DNA of 64,000 bases from the NCBI GenBank assembly GCA_963783645.1, contig CAWAOH010000019.1, positions 1,738-65,737 on the forward strand, written 5' to 3'. The DNA is from Candidatus Bathyarchaeota archaeon (GTDB lineage Archaea; Thermoproteota; Bathyarchaeia; 40CM-2-53-6). Of this stretch, positions 22,420 through 32,944 are shown in pieces; positions within the stretch are counted from its first letter, which is position 1; the number at the start of each line of letters is the position of its first letter. Below the pieces are notes generated by a model. That model saw nothing but the letters and a program-made list of their open reading frames with translations, was not told the origin of the DNA and searched no databases. The translations under genes were made by a program, and so were the position numbers.

Positions 22420-23204
22420 CTCCGTCGCTTTCTGAACATTACCAGTATTATTCCTGCTCCTGCAATCACAACCAAGGCTGCAGGTAACCAATTCATGAAA
22501 GCGTTCTCTGAACTGAACGACGTTGGAGTAGATGTGACTGCAGGTGTTTGAGTCGAGAACACGAGGTTAGTATTCTCAATGATGCTGGTTGAGGTGTAAG
22601 CTACCGTCTCGCTCTGAACAGTTGGAGCATAATCCTCGGCAGAGTATGAGACGTAGCCACCGTAGAAAATTCGTGAAACAAACACTAGCGCGTACTCACC
22701 GCTCTCAGGGACAACCCATTCCACATTGGATGATGGGCCATATACGCGAAGCATCGAACTCCGTAAGCCGTAACCACAATTAGAATGCTCGAAGCTGTAG
22801 AATTGGCCCTTGTTAAGAATAAGAAAAACGATTCCTCTACCTACCATTGATAACTCGAAATGGCCTCTAATTATGTGACCCGCTGTCGCATTGAGGAGGA
22901 AATAGTCATAGAAGAGGCATGAATAGTCCACGTCAAAGTCAAATCGGCCGCCACTCGCCCCCACCGTATACCCCAGGGAGAAAGAACCTGTTCTTTTATC
23001 ATAGCCAGATGGCGTCAGATCGTATTGAGCCGACTTCGAGGATGTAGCTGTCGTCAGAATCGTTGAATACGCAGTCACGGTCGAACTGCTCGTGGAATAT
23101 TGGCTGCTGGTTATGACAGTTTGACTCACCGCCAATTGTGGAGTGACTAACGTGACAAGTACCGAACAGGCCAACAAGAGGCTCAACATAGTCTTTGAGG
23201 TCAT
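22416..23204 (-). CDS. Membrane-anchored Ser/Thr-rich secreted protein
   Basis: Signal peptide, S/T linkers, WVVPESGEYALVF beta domain, C-terminal TM and RKRR. Confidence 0.75.
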   Translation of the reverse strand: MTSKTMLSLLLACSVLVTLVTPQLAVSQTVITSSQYSTSSSTVTAYSTILTTATSSKSAQYDLTPSGYDKRTGSFSLGYTVGASGGRFDFDVDYSCLFYDYFLLNATAGHIIRGHFELSMVGRGIVFLILNKGQFYSFEHSNCGYGLRSSMLRVYGPSSNVEWVVPESGEYALVFVSRIFYGGYVSYSAEDYAPTVQSETVAYTSTSIIENTNLVFSTQTPAVTSTPTSFSSENAFMNWLPAALVVIAGAGIILVMFRKRRS

Positions 23205-23677
23205 CGCGTCCTACTCTGAAAGCAGATACTGCCAAATATCTTATTCGGATATTAGAAAGAACCTTGAGGTGCAAATAGAAGGGCTTTCCTTAAGAAAGCC
23301 AGGTGCCACGCCGCAGTCATTGCAGTTGCGTCGATAGCTGCGGTAGCCTTCAAGCGACGAACACAAGTCCAATTTTGTCTCAACTGTGGGAATAAACTTC
23401 CAAGGGGAAGCATATTCTGCCTCGAATGCGGACACAAACAGGAAACAGGTCTGAAATGAATCGTGATACCGAATCTTTCATTTTCCTTTCATCAATACTA
23501 AGACTCTGTGAGGATTGCATCTCTTCATACGGTTATGCTGCTTACCAAACCGTAATTCTGAATCTAACTGTACGTTGATGAATTCAGAGCAAATAACCTC
23601 GAGACTAGCACGCAACACACCAGACAGACTTGAAGTAGACACAACTGAACAATGATTCTTCTGTTACTCTAACGCAG

Positions 23678-26587
23678 TTATCCGTTGCTTTCGCGTCTTC
23701 GTCTTGTGAGTACAAGGACTCCGACTCCGAGCAGCATACCTATCAGGACTGCTTCGATCGGGAACCCTGGTATTGGCGGTATCGCGAAGTCAGTCGAGTA
23801 TGAGGCCACGTACGTTGTTGGAGCATTCACCGTTAACGGGCCTGCGATAGCTCCCCCTGTTGCGTTCGTCCAACCAGAGAACTTGTGAATCATGTATCCG
23901 TCAATGACTGTTTGATTCAAGACCGGATTGATTGTCGTGCCCTTCTGGTACCACGTCCGGTATGCGCCATTCACGGACAGATTATAGGTTGCATTTTTCA
24001 AATTCATCTGGACAATTGTTGAGTTTGATATTCCGCTAACTTTGAAGGTTACCAAGTATTCCGTGTTCCATTTGGCGTTCAGTGTCTTTGGGTCATTCAC
24101 GCGTAGTGTCATGTTGGATGATGATCCGGTGTAGTCTCCTGTCCAACCCGCGAAAATTCTCCGCGTAGAGTTAGCATAGTCAATCTCCCTCTGAATGTTG
24201 ACTGGAACGTTTGATCCAGCATCGTACCAGCCTCCACCTAGAGAGGTTCCGTAGGCGGATTGAATGTTGACCAGGTACTGAGTCTTCCATCCTGCTTGCA
24301 GGGTTGTCGGTGAGTTCACGGTGATTTGTGTGTTAGGATTCCTCCCAAGCGCAGTTGAATTCCAACCTGTGAATACGAGTCTAGTTGCGTTTGAGTATTG
24401 GACGGTTGATTGCACACCAACCGTAGCAATTTGTCCAGCATTATACCAGCCACTACCGGTGGGCGAGCCGGTTGATGAGATTATGGTCACGTAGTATTGT
24501 GTAATCCAGTTTGCTTTCAACGATACCGGTTTCGTCATGTTGACCTGTAGATAGGTTGAGTTTGAACTCATGTCCCCGCTCCACCCGTCAAACAATAGGC
24601 GGGAAGAATTCGCTGTCACGTTAGAAGGATCAGAAGCGGATACTACGACAATCACCTTTGGGTCATACCAACCGCTAATCGAAGTCGAACCCCCGTTCGA
24701 ACTTATCGACAGTAAATATTTTGTTGCGAAAACAGCTTGGATGACGGTGTTGGAGGTAACCGTGATTTTGCGAGGATTCTCTAAGCTACCGTCCGACCAT
24801 CCTGCAAATTGTTGCCTAACCCCTAGCGAAGTATTCACGGCGGGTTGAATTTGCACGGTGATGTTGCCTGCGGACACGCTCGTTTGCAATTGCCCCGAAG
24901 TCACATTATACTTCACGCCATTGATTGAGACCCAAACGTTACCGTTGGAGGTCACGTTCAATGGAACATTGATTGTAAGCGTGGGACCCACATTCACGTT
25001 GAAAGTCGCAACGTTATTCGCCCTGTTGGTATCGTTGATCAAATGGTTCGGGTCGATAGTTATCTGGAACACGTGGCTGCCAACTACTGAAACCCACGTG
25101 AAACTGGTCTGAGTTGAAACGCCAACTCCAACGCTTACCTGAGTATTCGTGTAAACGCTACCGTCGAGTTTCACTTCAACCTGCGCGTCAGTTACATCTT
25201 GAGTACCGAGGTTCGATATTTGCACGGTGACCGTCACATTAGTGTTCGGACTCGTGATGACTACGGGCTGTGAGTCGATATTGGTTATTGCCAAGTCGAT
25301 GTACGATGTTTGGTTTTGGATTGGTGGAGGAGGGGCGCCACCTCTGTTTACTGTAACCTGATAAGAGTTACCCGTTTTGCCGGTTACGGTTACGGCGATG
25401 CCGTTTTTGCTGTCCGTGAACGTTTGACCCACGTTCCACACTGCGTCCTCCAACGCGGGAATGCTTGGATGACCATCCATAACATGGACTCTGCCAACGA
25501 TAGCTGTATTGTCAACGTACGTTATCAGGACCCCAGCAGCCGGTAACGCAGAGTCGAATCCAATTGCTGCTCTAACCTCAACCAAATAATATTGGCTCGG
25601 AGTTGTTGTGCTCCCGATTGGAATCTGGACCGCGTGAAGGTTACTGGATGCAACTTCAGTTGGGTCAACTGTGTAAGTGGTTGTTGCGCCGGATAATGCT
25701 GTTGTGAGCATTGATCCAGAGATGAAGCCTAGCTGGATCTTGTCCCAAGCGGACATGTGTGCTGGGCTCGAGCCGGCCGGGTCACCGTTCCATAGTCCTT
25801 TGTCCATCAGCTCCCAAGGTCCAAGTATTGTTTTGCCGTTGAGTGTGTTGTAAAGGTCGGGGAGTCCTAGCTGGTGTCCAAATTCATGAGCATACACACC
25901 TATCGGTACTGCGCCGCTAGCTTCAAGCTCGGGCACAATTTGGAATTTTGTGAGCGTCTTCGTACTGGTGCGTACGTAGACTCCCCCCAGGTACGTTACA
26001 GACCAGACATCGTCCTTGACTCCACTAGACTCTTCTCCATATCCTGAGTGAATGAATACGTAGTAATCATAATTCGAGAAATTTATACCCTGGTTCTGTG
26101 CCGTGGTCGCTGCATCACTCGCGATCTGCCAAGAGGCATCCGAGCCACTGCAATCGGCATCATCAATCGAGGTGCAGTCTCTTCCATAATGGGACTCTGG
26201 ATACGGAAGCTTGTACCATCCAGCCACATCTCCCTTCAGTGTAACCGAACCGTACGAAATTTCTTGATAGTAAGAGCCTACTTGACCAAAGAATTCTTGC
26301 TTCAACGTATCAGTGCTTACCGTGTAGTTGATGTCGGAGAAGTAAGCCGCGATCACTAAGACTCTTAAGATACCCGAAACCGGAGCCGGGCGAGCAATGT
26401 ACCCCGGCGTAGGGGTTGGTAATGGCATCGAGGGGCTTGGTGCAAAAACCGCAATTGGTCCGCTATTCGACGTGCGTACAGGCGACACCCAATTCGGGGC
26501 TAATAGGATTGTGAAAAAGATGAGCGTCAGGAGTAACCGCTTATTCAGTATGAAACCAAACATGTTCTCGTCGACCGAAGCTTTCAA
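23678..26587 (-). CDS. M6 (immune inhibitor A-like) metalloprotease with CARDB and GW repeats and a PGF-type C-terminal anchor
   Basis: HEFGHQLGLPDLY, WELMDKGLWNG, IDPN..INDTNRANN (CARDB) and PIPGFP + TM + RRRR. Confidence 0.92.
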   Translation of the reverse strand: MKASVDENMFGFILNKRLLLTLIFFTILLAPNWVSPVRTSNSGPIAVFAPSPSMPLPTPTPGYIARPAPVSGILRVLVIAAYFSDINYTVSTDTLKQEFFGQVGSYYQEISYGSVTLKGDVAGWYKLPYPESHYGRDCTSIDDADCSGSDASWQIASDAATTAQNQGINFSNYDYYVFIHSGYGEESSGVKDDVWSVTYLGGVYVRTSTKTLTKFQIVPELEASGAVPIGVYAHEFGHQLGLPDLYNTLNGKTILGPWELMDKGLWNGDPAGSSPAHMSAWDKIQLGFISGSMLTTALSGATTTYTVDPTEVASSNLHAVQIPIGSTTTPSQYYLVEVRAAIGFDSALPAAGVLITYVDNTAIVGRVHVMDGHPSIPALEDAVWNVGQTFTDSKNGIAVTVTGKTGNSYQVTVNRGGAPPPPIQNQTSYIDLAITNIDSQPVVITSPNTNVTVTVQISNLGTQDVTDAQVEVKLDGSVYTNTQVSVGVGVSTQTSFTWVSVVGSHVFQITIDPNHLINDTNRANNVATFNVNVGPTLTINVPLNVTSNGNVWVSINGVKYNVTSGQLQTSVSAGNITVQIQPAVNTSLGVRQQFAGWSDGSLENPRKITVTSNTVIQAVFATKYLLSISSNGGSTSISGWYDPKVIVVVSASDPSNVTANSSRLLFDGWSGDMSSNSTYLQVNMTKPVSLKANWITQYYVTIISSTGSPTGSGWYNAGQIATVGVQSTVQYSNATRLVFTGWNSTALGRNPNTQITVNSPTTLQAGWKTQYLVNIQSAYGTSLGGGWYDAGSNVPVNIQREIDYANSTRRIFAGWTGDYTGSSSNMTLRVNDPKTLNAKWNTEYLVTFKVSGISNSTIVQMNLKNATYNLSVNGAYRTWYQKGTTINPVLNQTVIDGYMIHKFSGWTNATGGAIAGPLTVNAPTTYVASYSTDFAIPPIPGFPIEAVLIGMLLGVGVLVLTRRRRESNG

Positions 26588-26718
26588 GCCGACTCTGGAG
26601 CAAATTTTGATAAAGTGTTTAGATGCACGGAGCAGTGCACGCTCATCTTCAAGCGTTTAGTAGGATTAACAGCATCCTTGCAACGTTACTGTCTTAGATT
26701 TCTAGACTCAACGAGAGA

Positions 26719-29026
26719 CTAAGCCACGGCTCTTGCGACGCCTAGACTAGTGGCGATAGGTATCAGGAACATGTTGCACAGCAACAGTAAGACTTCTGCT
26801 ATCAACGCAAATGGTTGCACGATTGCGTAAAGGAAGCTGGCTACGAGAAGCCCTAATGAAACCACCCACAGCCCGACTAGCGGAATGAGCCACAGGAAGC
26901 TAGGTCGACGATGACTTGTCGCGGCTCTTAACACCGCTACCGCTGCGCTTACTGGAAACACATAAACGAAGCCAACTAGGAAACTTCCGATAATGTAACC
27001 GATTAGTGGCGAACCTCCGGGAATTACGAACACAGTGAGGCTGTAACCCAAGGTCATCATTGTGCCTGCTAGCGTCAGGAGGGTGGAAGCGTATGGAACT
27101 GCATGGACCACATCCTCGACGCTTCTCATTATCTGCGTAAGCGAGTCTGACGTACCGATGATTGGTACCGTTGAGTCTACGATGCGAATGTTGACGACTT
27201 GTGATGCCGATGAGTGCTCTGAGTCACCTGGCCAGTACGCTTTCAAGTAGTAGCTACCTGGCTGAGTGAATGGGTATGCGTAGGAGAATGTTCCGTCCGG
27301 CGAGACAGATACATCTGCTATACGCTGCCAGTTTACATTATTCAGGCTGTAGAGTAAACTGATTGATTTTGATTCAGTCGATATTCTCTGGATTGAGCCA
27401 GTTATCGAAAGTGGGATTCCTGGTGCTGCCACAGTGGGCCACACCTGCAAGTTTACGTTGATGCTATCTTTTGGGACGCCTGTGAAGATTACTGCCACAT
27501 CAACTGGTTTTGTGATGGTTAGACCACCCGTCACTGTCTGGTTATCTACTCGTAATCCGGAGTACACGTAGTTGGTTGTGGATTGTTGGATCTGTGTGCT
27601 TTGAACATTAATCGAAAGAGACGCGTTTTCGTCGACCCACAGTATGTATGGAGCAGACCCGTTTACCGTGACGATAGAATTCACAACCGAGATTTGGGCG
27701 CTGGCATTGTCTGGCAATCCGACGGGCGTTACGGTCACCTTGTATTGTGTCGTCCACAAGGCGGTAACCTGCCTTGCTGAATCCATTACTGTCCATGTTT
27801 GATTGGAAGTTGAATTGGCGTCTCCCTGCCATTTTTCGAATACCATCCTAGTTCCGTTTCCTGAATCAACCTCGCTCGGTACACCGAAGCTCTGCGTTGG
27901 CACCCCTAGCGTACCAGCCCGCACCAATTGGGGCACCGTATGGAGTTGCGATCGTGAGTGAATATTCCTTCGTGTAGTTACCGAAAATGTCCAGTGAGGA
28001 GTTAAGCTGCAAGCTTAACGGGTTGGCTGATCCGAATTTGCTCCACGAAGAAAAACGGAGTCTGGAACTGCCAGAGTTTTGGATTTCGGCAGGGACTTGG
28101 ACGTTAACTCGCCCGCTCGGTACACCTAGCGAAACCAATCCACGGTCGTTGGTTTGAAACGGAAAATCGTCAACTAGGACGGTAAGGTTTGACTGTCCTG
28201 TACGGACCGTTACTTGATTGGAGAATGACCCTTTAATCCATCTCGCGGCGACCGTTCTTCCATCAAACTTTCTGTAATCGTTCAGTCTCAGCTGGTGCTC
28301 GACGATTACGTGGTATGCATCATTATTCTGCATGTAAAGAATGGCAAAGTAGTAGTTTCCCGCCCGGTCGGTTAGTAGAGACCAAACCTCATTGTAATCC
28401 GTTGATCCGCCGAAGAGTTGATTGACGAGAGGATAAATGGTCAGCAGCGTCGTACCATTGTACAATTGTCCACCCCTTTGAGTAAGGTAGAGATCTGGCC
28501 CAAGAGCGGAGAGGGCGTTAGTTACCTCCGGGGCTGCGGGAATCTGTAGTTTTGGCATGTCGACAGATACGGTTGTTACGGTCCTGTTGAATACATGCTG
28601 TGCGCCTTGAAATGTCCAACTATTGATATTTCCGCTTTTGTAGTCGAACCATCGAAGGAGGAATGGCATATCAGTTGAATTTCTAAGGTAGAGAAAACCG
28701 ATTCCGAAATCCGTCTGAGTCACGTTCGCTAAGAAAATTATGTAGATTCGGCCCTGCGACCATTGGGCTGTGGCGTAACCCCATGGCATCAGTGTAATTG
28801 CTCCCAAGCCGTTAATTGACAAAGTAGCGCCTTGAGGGGAGGCACGAAGGGTATAGCCTTCACTTGTTCCTCCAGCGTAGAAATCTATGACTTGATTTCT
28901 TGCGGAAGCATTAGGTAGAGGTACAGTAACAAAAGCTGTCTGTGCACGGACGCTTGTTATGTTAATGCCTACGCCTACGATAAGGAGAACGGCGAATAAC
29001 ATAGTAACGGCTACTCGGTTGATCAT
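26719..29026 (-). CDS. Secreted multidomain protein with GW repeats, Ig-like domain and multi-TM C-terminus (frameshift near 27900)
   Basis: Signal peptide; GAGWY repeat; YYLKAYWPGD Ig-like domain; several C-terminal TMs. Confidence 0.75.
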
Positions 29027-29217
29027 GTGGATGCCTGCGAATGTTTACTGTCTGATTGTTGAGAAGGGCATGGGCGTTCCCTACTCTTACTGTTAAATGC
29101 CAATGCACCCCCAGCTCGGGCAATTGCTTCATTCATGTGAAGGCATCTTCTCAAGGGAGGCAACGCTTACGTAATGTTTATTGCAAGTGTACCGCGTGCA
29201 TAGGTAAGTGACGGGAA

Positions 29218-29697
29218 ATGAAGTCCGTGCGGTACCTACTCGCAGTGTCATTGTTCGTCGCACTAATGCTTCTGAGCAGTAAACTCGTTTTAGCCCAACC
29301 TCACCCTAACCAATACTACGGGTCAGGTGGCGGAATGATAATGGGAACAATCTTAGGATTCAACATGTGGGATCAGTTAGAACCTGTCGATTGGGCTTCT
29401 GTGTACGCTAACAATGGTCAGCACACTTTTGTGGCATATTCCAGTGCGGGCGGTTTCTATGAGATGTTCGTGCCCACTGGCTTGTATAACGTTACCGTCG
29501 TGCAGCCCGGATACGTCAACTACAGCAATACTGTCTCTGTATCTGACGGGTCAACGAGCAGGATAAACTTCACGCTAGAGCTATCGCACGTACCAGTTCC
29601 GGAATTCCAACCAAACTTCACACTGATGGTGATGATCCTAACGCTTGGCGCAGCCCTCGTAGTAAGAAGACGATCTCTAAAGCGCTCAAAGACGTAG
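29218..29697 (+). CDS. Small PEF-CTERM protein (carboxypeptidase-regulatory-like domain)
   Basis: Signal peptide; GFYEMFVPTGLYNVT; VPVPEF + TM + RRR. Confidence 0.85.
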   Translation: MKSVRYLLAVSLFVALMLLSSKLVLAQPHPNQYYGSGGGMIMGTILGFNMWDQLEPVDWASVYANNGQHTFVAYSSAGGFYEMFVPTGLYNVTVVQPGYVNYSNTVSVSDGSTSRINFTLELSHVPVPEFQPNFTLMVMILTLGAALVVRRRSLKRSKT

Positions 29698-29818
29698 CAT
29701 TCGACGTGTAGATTCAGACTGCGTCCATTCTCCCCTGTTTATTACGTTCCTGGCATCGATACTTTAGAGTGTGAGTATTCATGCTCTTTTGCGAAGACTG
29801 CTGTTCCCACAGTGATTC

Positions 29819-30367
29819 TTGATGAGTGAAACTATGGTCGCCACTGTAAATCGGTTGCAACTCGCTTTGAATGCAGGCCGATTCATGGTAATAGCATCGA
29901 CCATAGCCATCGTGCTGTACTACTTGCCCAACTACTACCTATACGAGAAGCTCGTCGCAGAGAACTCCGCAATTTTGATGCAGCTGATCGGCATCAAGTC
30001 AACTATTTGGACTCAAGGGAACCGAGTGTTCCTTAACGAGTTCGAGATTCAGCGAATGTGCACTGGGGTTCAGGTCATGGCGGTCTTCCTTGGCATTCTT
30101 GTGGCTGTTCCAAAGGTTGCGTTGAAGAAGAGAATTCTCGTATTCAGCGTTGTTGCGGTAAGCGTTCACATGGCTAACATAGGACGGATTGCGTTTGAGA
30201 TATGGCTTGTCTATAACGGAATCCTGCCCTGGTCACTCGTGCATTATCCGACAGGATTGATACTGGGAATCTTTTCAGTTGCATTCTTAATTGTCGCGGC
30301 TGATTATTTCATTCCACAGATAGGCGACATGGCATTTTCATTGATTGACGGCCCCAGAGCCCGGTAG
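29819..30367 (+). CDS. Archaeosortase / exosortase family protein
   Basis: Polytopic membrane protein with FEIQRMCTG (Cys), ANIGRI (Arg) and SLVH (His); adjacent to a PEF-CTERM gene. Confidence 0.85.
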   Translation: MMSETMVATVNRLQLALNAGRFMVIASTIAIVLYYLPNYYLYEKLVAENSAILMQLIGIKSTIWTQGNRVFLNEFEIQRMCTGVQVMAVFLGILVAVPKVALKKRILVFSVVAVSVHMANIGRIAFEIWLVYNGILPWSLVHYPTGLILGIFSVAFLIVAADYFIPQIGDMAFSLIDGPRAR

Positions 30368-31555
30368 ATCCGCGCCGCAATGGATACAGTGCTTCCACTC
30401 TTTCTCTACAGCTTCCCCACAACTGTTGCACCGCAATGAATCCGATTCTCCACTTGTTGACTCAGCTGCCTCACTGAGCGGTTCAACGTCAGCTCTCTTC
30501 CGACGCAATAAAACGAGGACTAATGCGCCAATGATTCCAAGTAGGAGTATCCCGGGGAGTACCAGTGGAGTGTAATCTACCGAAAAATTGGCCTTGATCG
30601 ACTTAGGCGAGTTCATGGTTAAGTTAACCCGATTTGATTGCGAATTCACGTCCCCGCTCCAACCTTGGAAGTTGTACTTCAACCCTAAGAGACTCAATGA
30701 TGAATTGACTGAAACTGAAGTTTCCACTTGCAGAGTCACGTTTGATCCAGGATCGTAATATTCCGAGTATGAGTATGTGGATACAATTGATGATACTTGT
30801 AGCAAATACTGGTGACGATATGCCCCAACTACCTTGACGTCTCCGTCTAGCAGGATGCTTCTCTCAGACTGATTATTTCCATCGCTCCATCCGTTGAAGA
30901 TCAATCGTGTGAAATTCTGCAGGTCGACCTGCGCGGGGACCGATAGTAAGTATGTTTCACCGACTGGCAGCATAATCTCCGTACTTCCGGACAAGGAAGT
31001 TAGTTGCGTTGAGTTGGTGACTGTGACCTGTAATCCTGCTTCACCTAAGTCTATCTCAAGGTTCGCTGTTCGTGCGACCTTCACCAGCAACTGCTCATAG
31101 CCCGGTCCTTGCACGGAATCATTGTAGTATCGCCAAACGTTTCCGTTCAAATAATACGCGAATGCGATGAGTTGCATGGCGCCTTCGCTTGTCGGCGCAG
31201 TTAAGCTTACGTTCCAAGTCCTGTCGCCGCCACCTGTCACGTTTGCCGAGTCACTTTGCCAGAGAGGATTAGTTTGATTCTCGACGGATGCGCTGTTATA
31301 GATTGCGGCGCGTATCGTTACATTTTCAGGTCCATGAGTTGCATACTCCACATCAAGAATCACTGAGAATACACTGTTAGGTGCTACTTGTCTGGGCGAC
31401 TGAAAGCTCGCTACACGCAGTAGCCCCAAATCCGCTCCTTGCGCATAAACAGTCGTTGTGCCGAATGCAAGCAAGAGCACTAAGCTTGCAAGAAGAGTGG
31501 ATCGGTGAACCGTTAACAATTGACTCAATCTTCCACGGAATTCTTGATAGCCCAT
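30338..31555 (-). CDS. Ectodomain-TM-cytoplasmic zinc-ribbon protein
   Basis: Signal peptide, GW repeats, TM + RRKR, and C-terminal CNSCG...CIHCG. Confidence 0.8.
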   Translation of the reverse strand: MGYQEFRGRLSQLLTVHRSTLLASLVLLLAFGTTTVYAQGADLGLLRVASFQSPRQVAPNSVFSVILDVEYATHGPENVTIRAAIYNSASVENQTNPLWQSDSANVTGGGDRTWNVSLTAPTSEGAMQLIAFAYYLNGNVWRYYNDSVQGPGYEQLLVKVARTANLEIDLGEAGLQVTVTNSTQLTSLSGSTEIMLPVGETYLLSVPAQVDLQNFTRLIFNGWSDGNNQSERSILLDGDVKVVGAYRHQYLLQVSSIVSTYSYSEYYDPGSNVTLQVETSVSVNSSLSLLGLKYNFQGWSGDVNSQSNRVNLTMNSPKSIKANFSVDYTPLVLPGILLLGIIGALVLVLLRRKRADVEPLSEAAESTSGESDSLRCNSCGEAVEKEWKHCIHCGADLPGSGAVNQ

Positions 31556-32172
31556 TCAAGTGCTTTGCTGACTCCTTCGGCGACATTTTTCGCTACCGGG
31601 AGTGGTAACGATGTACTTTCCGGTAGGCCTCGCGCCACAGGGATTATATGAAACTTGCCAGCGAACCCGCCACGTTCAATCTCATCCTTAAGACTCAATA
31701 ATTGAGCTTCAAGATCCTCCTTGGGAAGAAGCGGAAGCACAAGGTCCGCTCTCAACTCTTCAGAATTCCTGAGTAACTCTAGAGTCGTCTTCGTTTTGCC
31801 CAGGTTAGAAGCATGTAGTCCGACCGATCGTAGCAAAGCAGCAACAGACATGGACAAGAGATGTCCCCACTCGAGCCCAATCGGACCAACCGTTGCGGCA
31901 AAGTCAAACTTGCCTTCAGACGCGGCGATGGTGGGTTCGAGAATCTGCAGGCACGAATTGATTGCGCCCTCGGCTCCCACGAGTCTATTTTGATCTGCTC
32001 CTCCCAACTCGTTAAGGTCGAGCAGGATGTTCACTCCTTCAATTACAGCGTCCAGGACCTCATTCGGCGTGGCCTCCGCTAGGGCCGCGTTTGTTTTCTG
32101 CCGGGTCTGTTCGGGATCTCCCGCCAACACTGCGTTCGTCAACTGTTGGAGACGCTGCTCGCTTTCCGTCAA
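31525..32172 (-). CDS. Corrinoid (B12-binding) protein homolog with degenerate cobalamin motif
   Basis: Helical cap (AVLAGD...EVLDAVIEG) plus Rossmann-like part (AALLRSVG..NLG..ADLV); DxHxxG replaced by EWGHLLS. Confidence 0.6.
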   Translation of the reverse strand: MTESEQRLQQLTNAVLAGDPEQTRQKTNAALAEATPNEVLDAVIEGVNILLDLNELGGADQNRLVGAEGAINSCLQILEPTIAASEGKFDFAATVGPIGLEWGHLLSMSVAALLRSVGLHASNLGKTKTTLELLRNSEELRADLVLPLLPKEDLEAQLLSLKDEIERGGFAGKFHIIPVARGLPESTSLPLPVAKNVAEGVSKALEWAIKNSVED

Positions 32173-32933
32173 GGTCGCCGTCGTTCTGCATTTTGAGTCA
32201 AATTAGGCATTCGGTTACGCTTCTGAGACGGAATATGGGATAACAGGGAGGTCTGTTTCGATCGTGATTGAACTTGGATAGTAAGGATTCCGTCAGCGTA
32301 GGGTGAGGCTTCTTGGAGGAAGCTTGAGAATTTTGAAACCGCGACTATGGGGACTCTTCCGATGATCCTGTCGCGAGGTTCTCCTAAGGTCAGAATTATT
32401 GGAACCATTGGAAGATCGGTTCGAGAAATGCCGTGTCTCTGCATAATTTCAGGTCTCTCTGCGAGCGCACGTGCCCTTTCAACTTGAGCTTCAGCAGCAT
32501 TTTTCATTCGAGAATATGCAAGTGCCCGCGACCAGTGCTTGCAGTCGACAATCAGAATCCAGACGGCGTTCCACGCGAGAATATCGATCTCACGCCTTCC
32601 GACCTTACTCTTGAATACGAGGTGTCTAATTGATTGGAAGCCGCTTTGGTCTAATGCGGTTTCAACGAACTCTTCGAATTCCTGCCAAGCAAGCAGGCGG
32701 GAGACTTGCTGAGCATCTCGACCTGTTCTTACTAGCTCTTCTGCTAGCATTACCCGTTGGTGAGAGCCCAATTCGAGAAACTCATGGTTGAGGTTAACGA
32801 TTCCTCTCTCTTGCAGAGATCCCAGCTCGGCATCAAGACTCTCAGCGGGCATCTCCTTCCGGAGATCCTCCACTGAAATACGCATCTGTCGCTTGGTCAG
32901 TTGAAGTAACTTGATTTCTAAACGGGTGACCAT
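32169..32933 (-). CDS. PD-(D/E)xK nuclease (Mrr/NERD-like) with N-terminal HTH-like region
   Basis: WQEFEEFV, REIDIL and VDCKHW. Confidence 0.8.
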   Translation of the reverse strand: MVTRLEIKLLQLTKRQMRISVEDLRKEMPAESLDAELGSLQERGIVNLNHEFLELGSHQRVMLAEELVRTGRDAQQVSRLLAWQEFEEFVETALDQSGFQSIRHLVFKSKVGRREIDILAWNAVWILIVDCKHWSRALAYSRMKNAAEAQVERARALAERPEIMQRHGISRTDLPMVPIILTLGEPRDRIIGRVPIVAVSKFSSFLQEASPYADGILTIQVQSRSKQTSLLSHIPSQKRNRMPNLTQNAERRRP

Positions 32934-32944
32934 CGCGATCTGGC

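Noticed and set aside
23241-23437. Short Cys-containing ORFs between surface genes
   Set aside because: No consistent zinc-finger pattern or start context.
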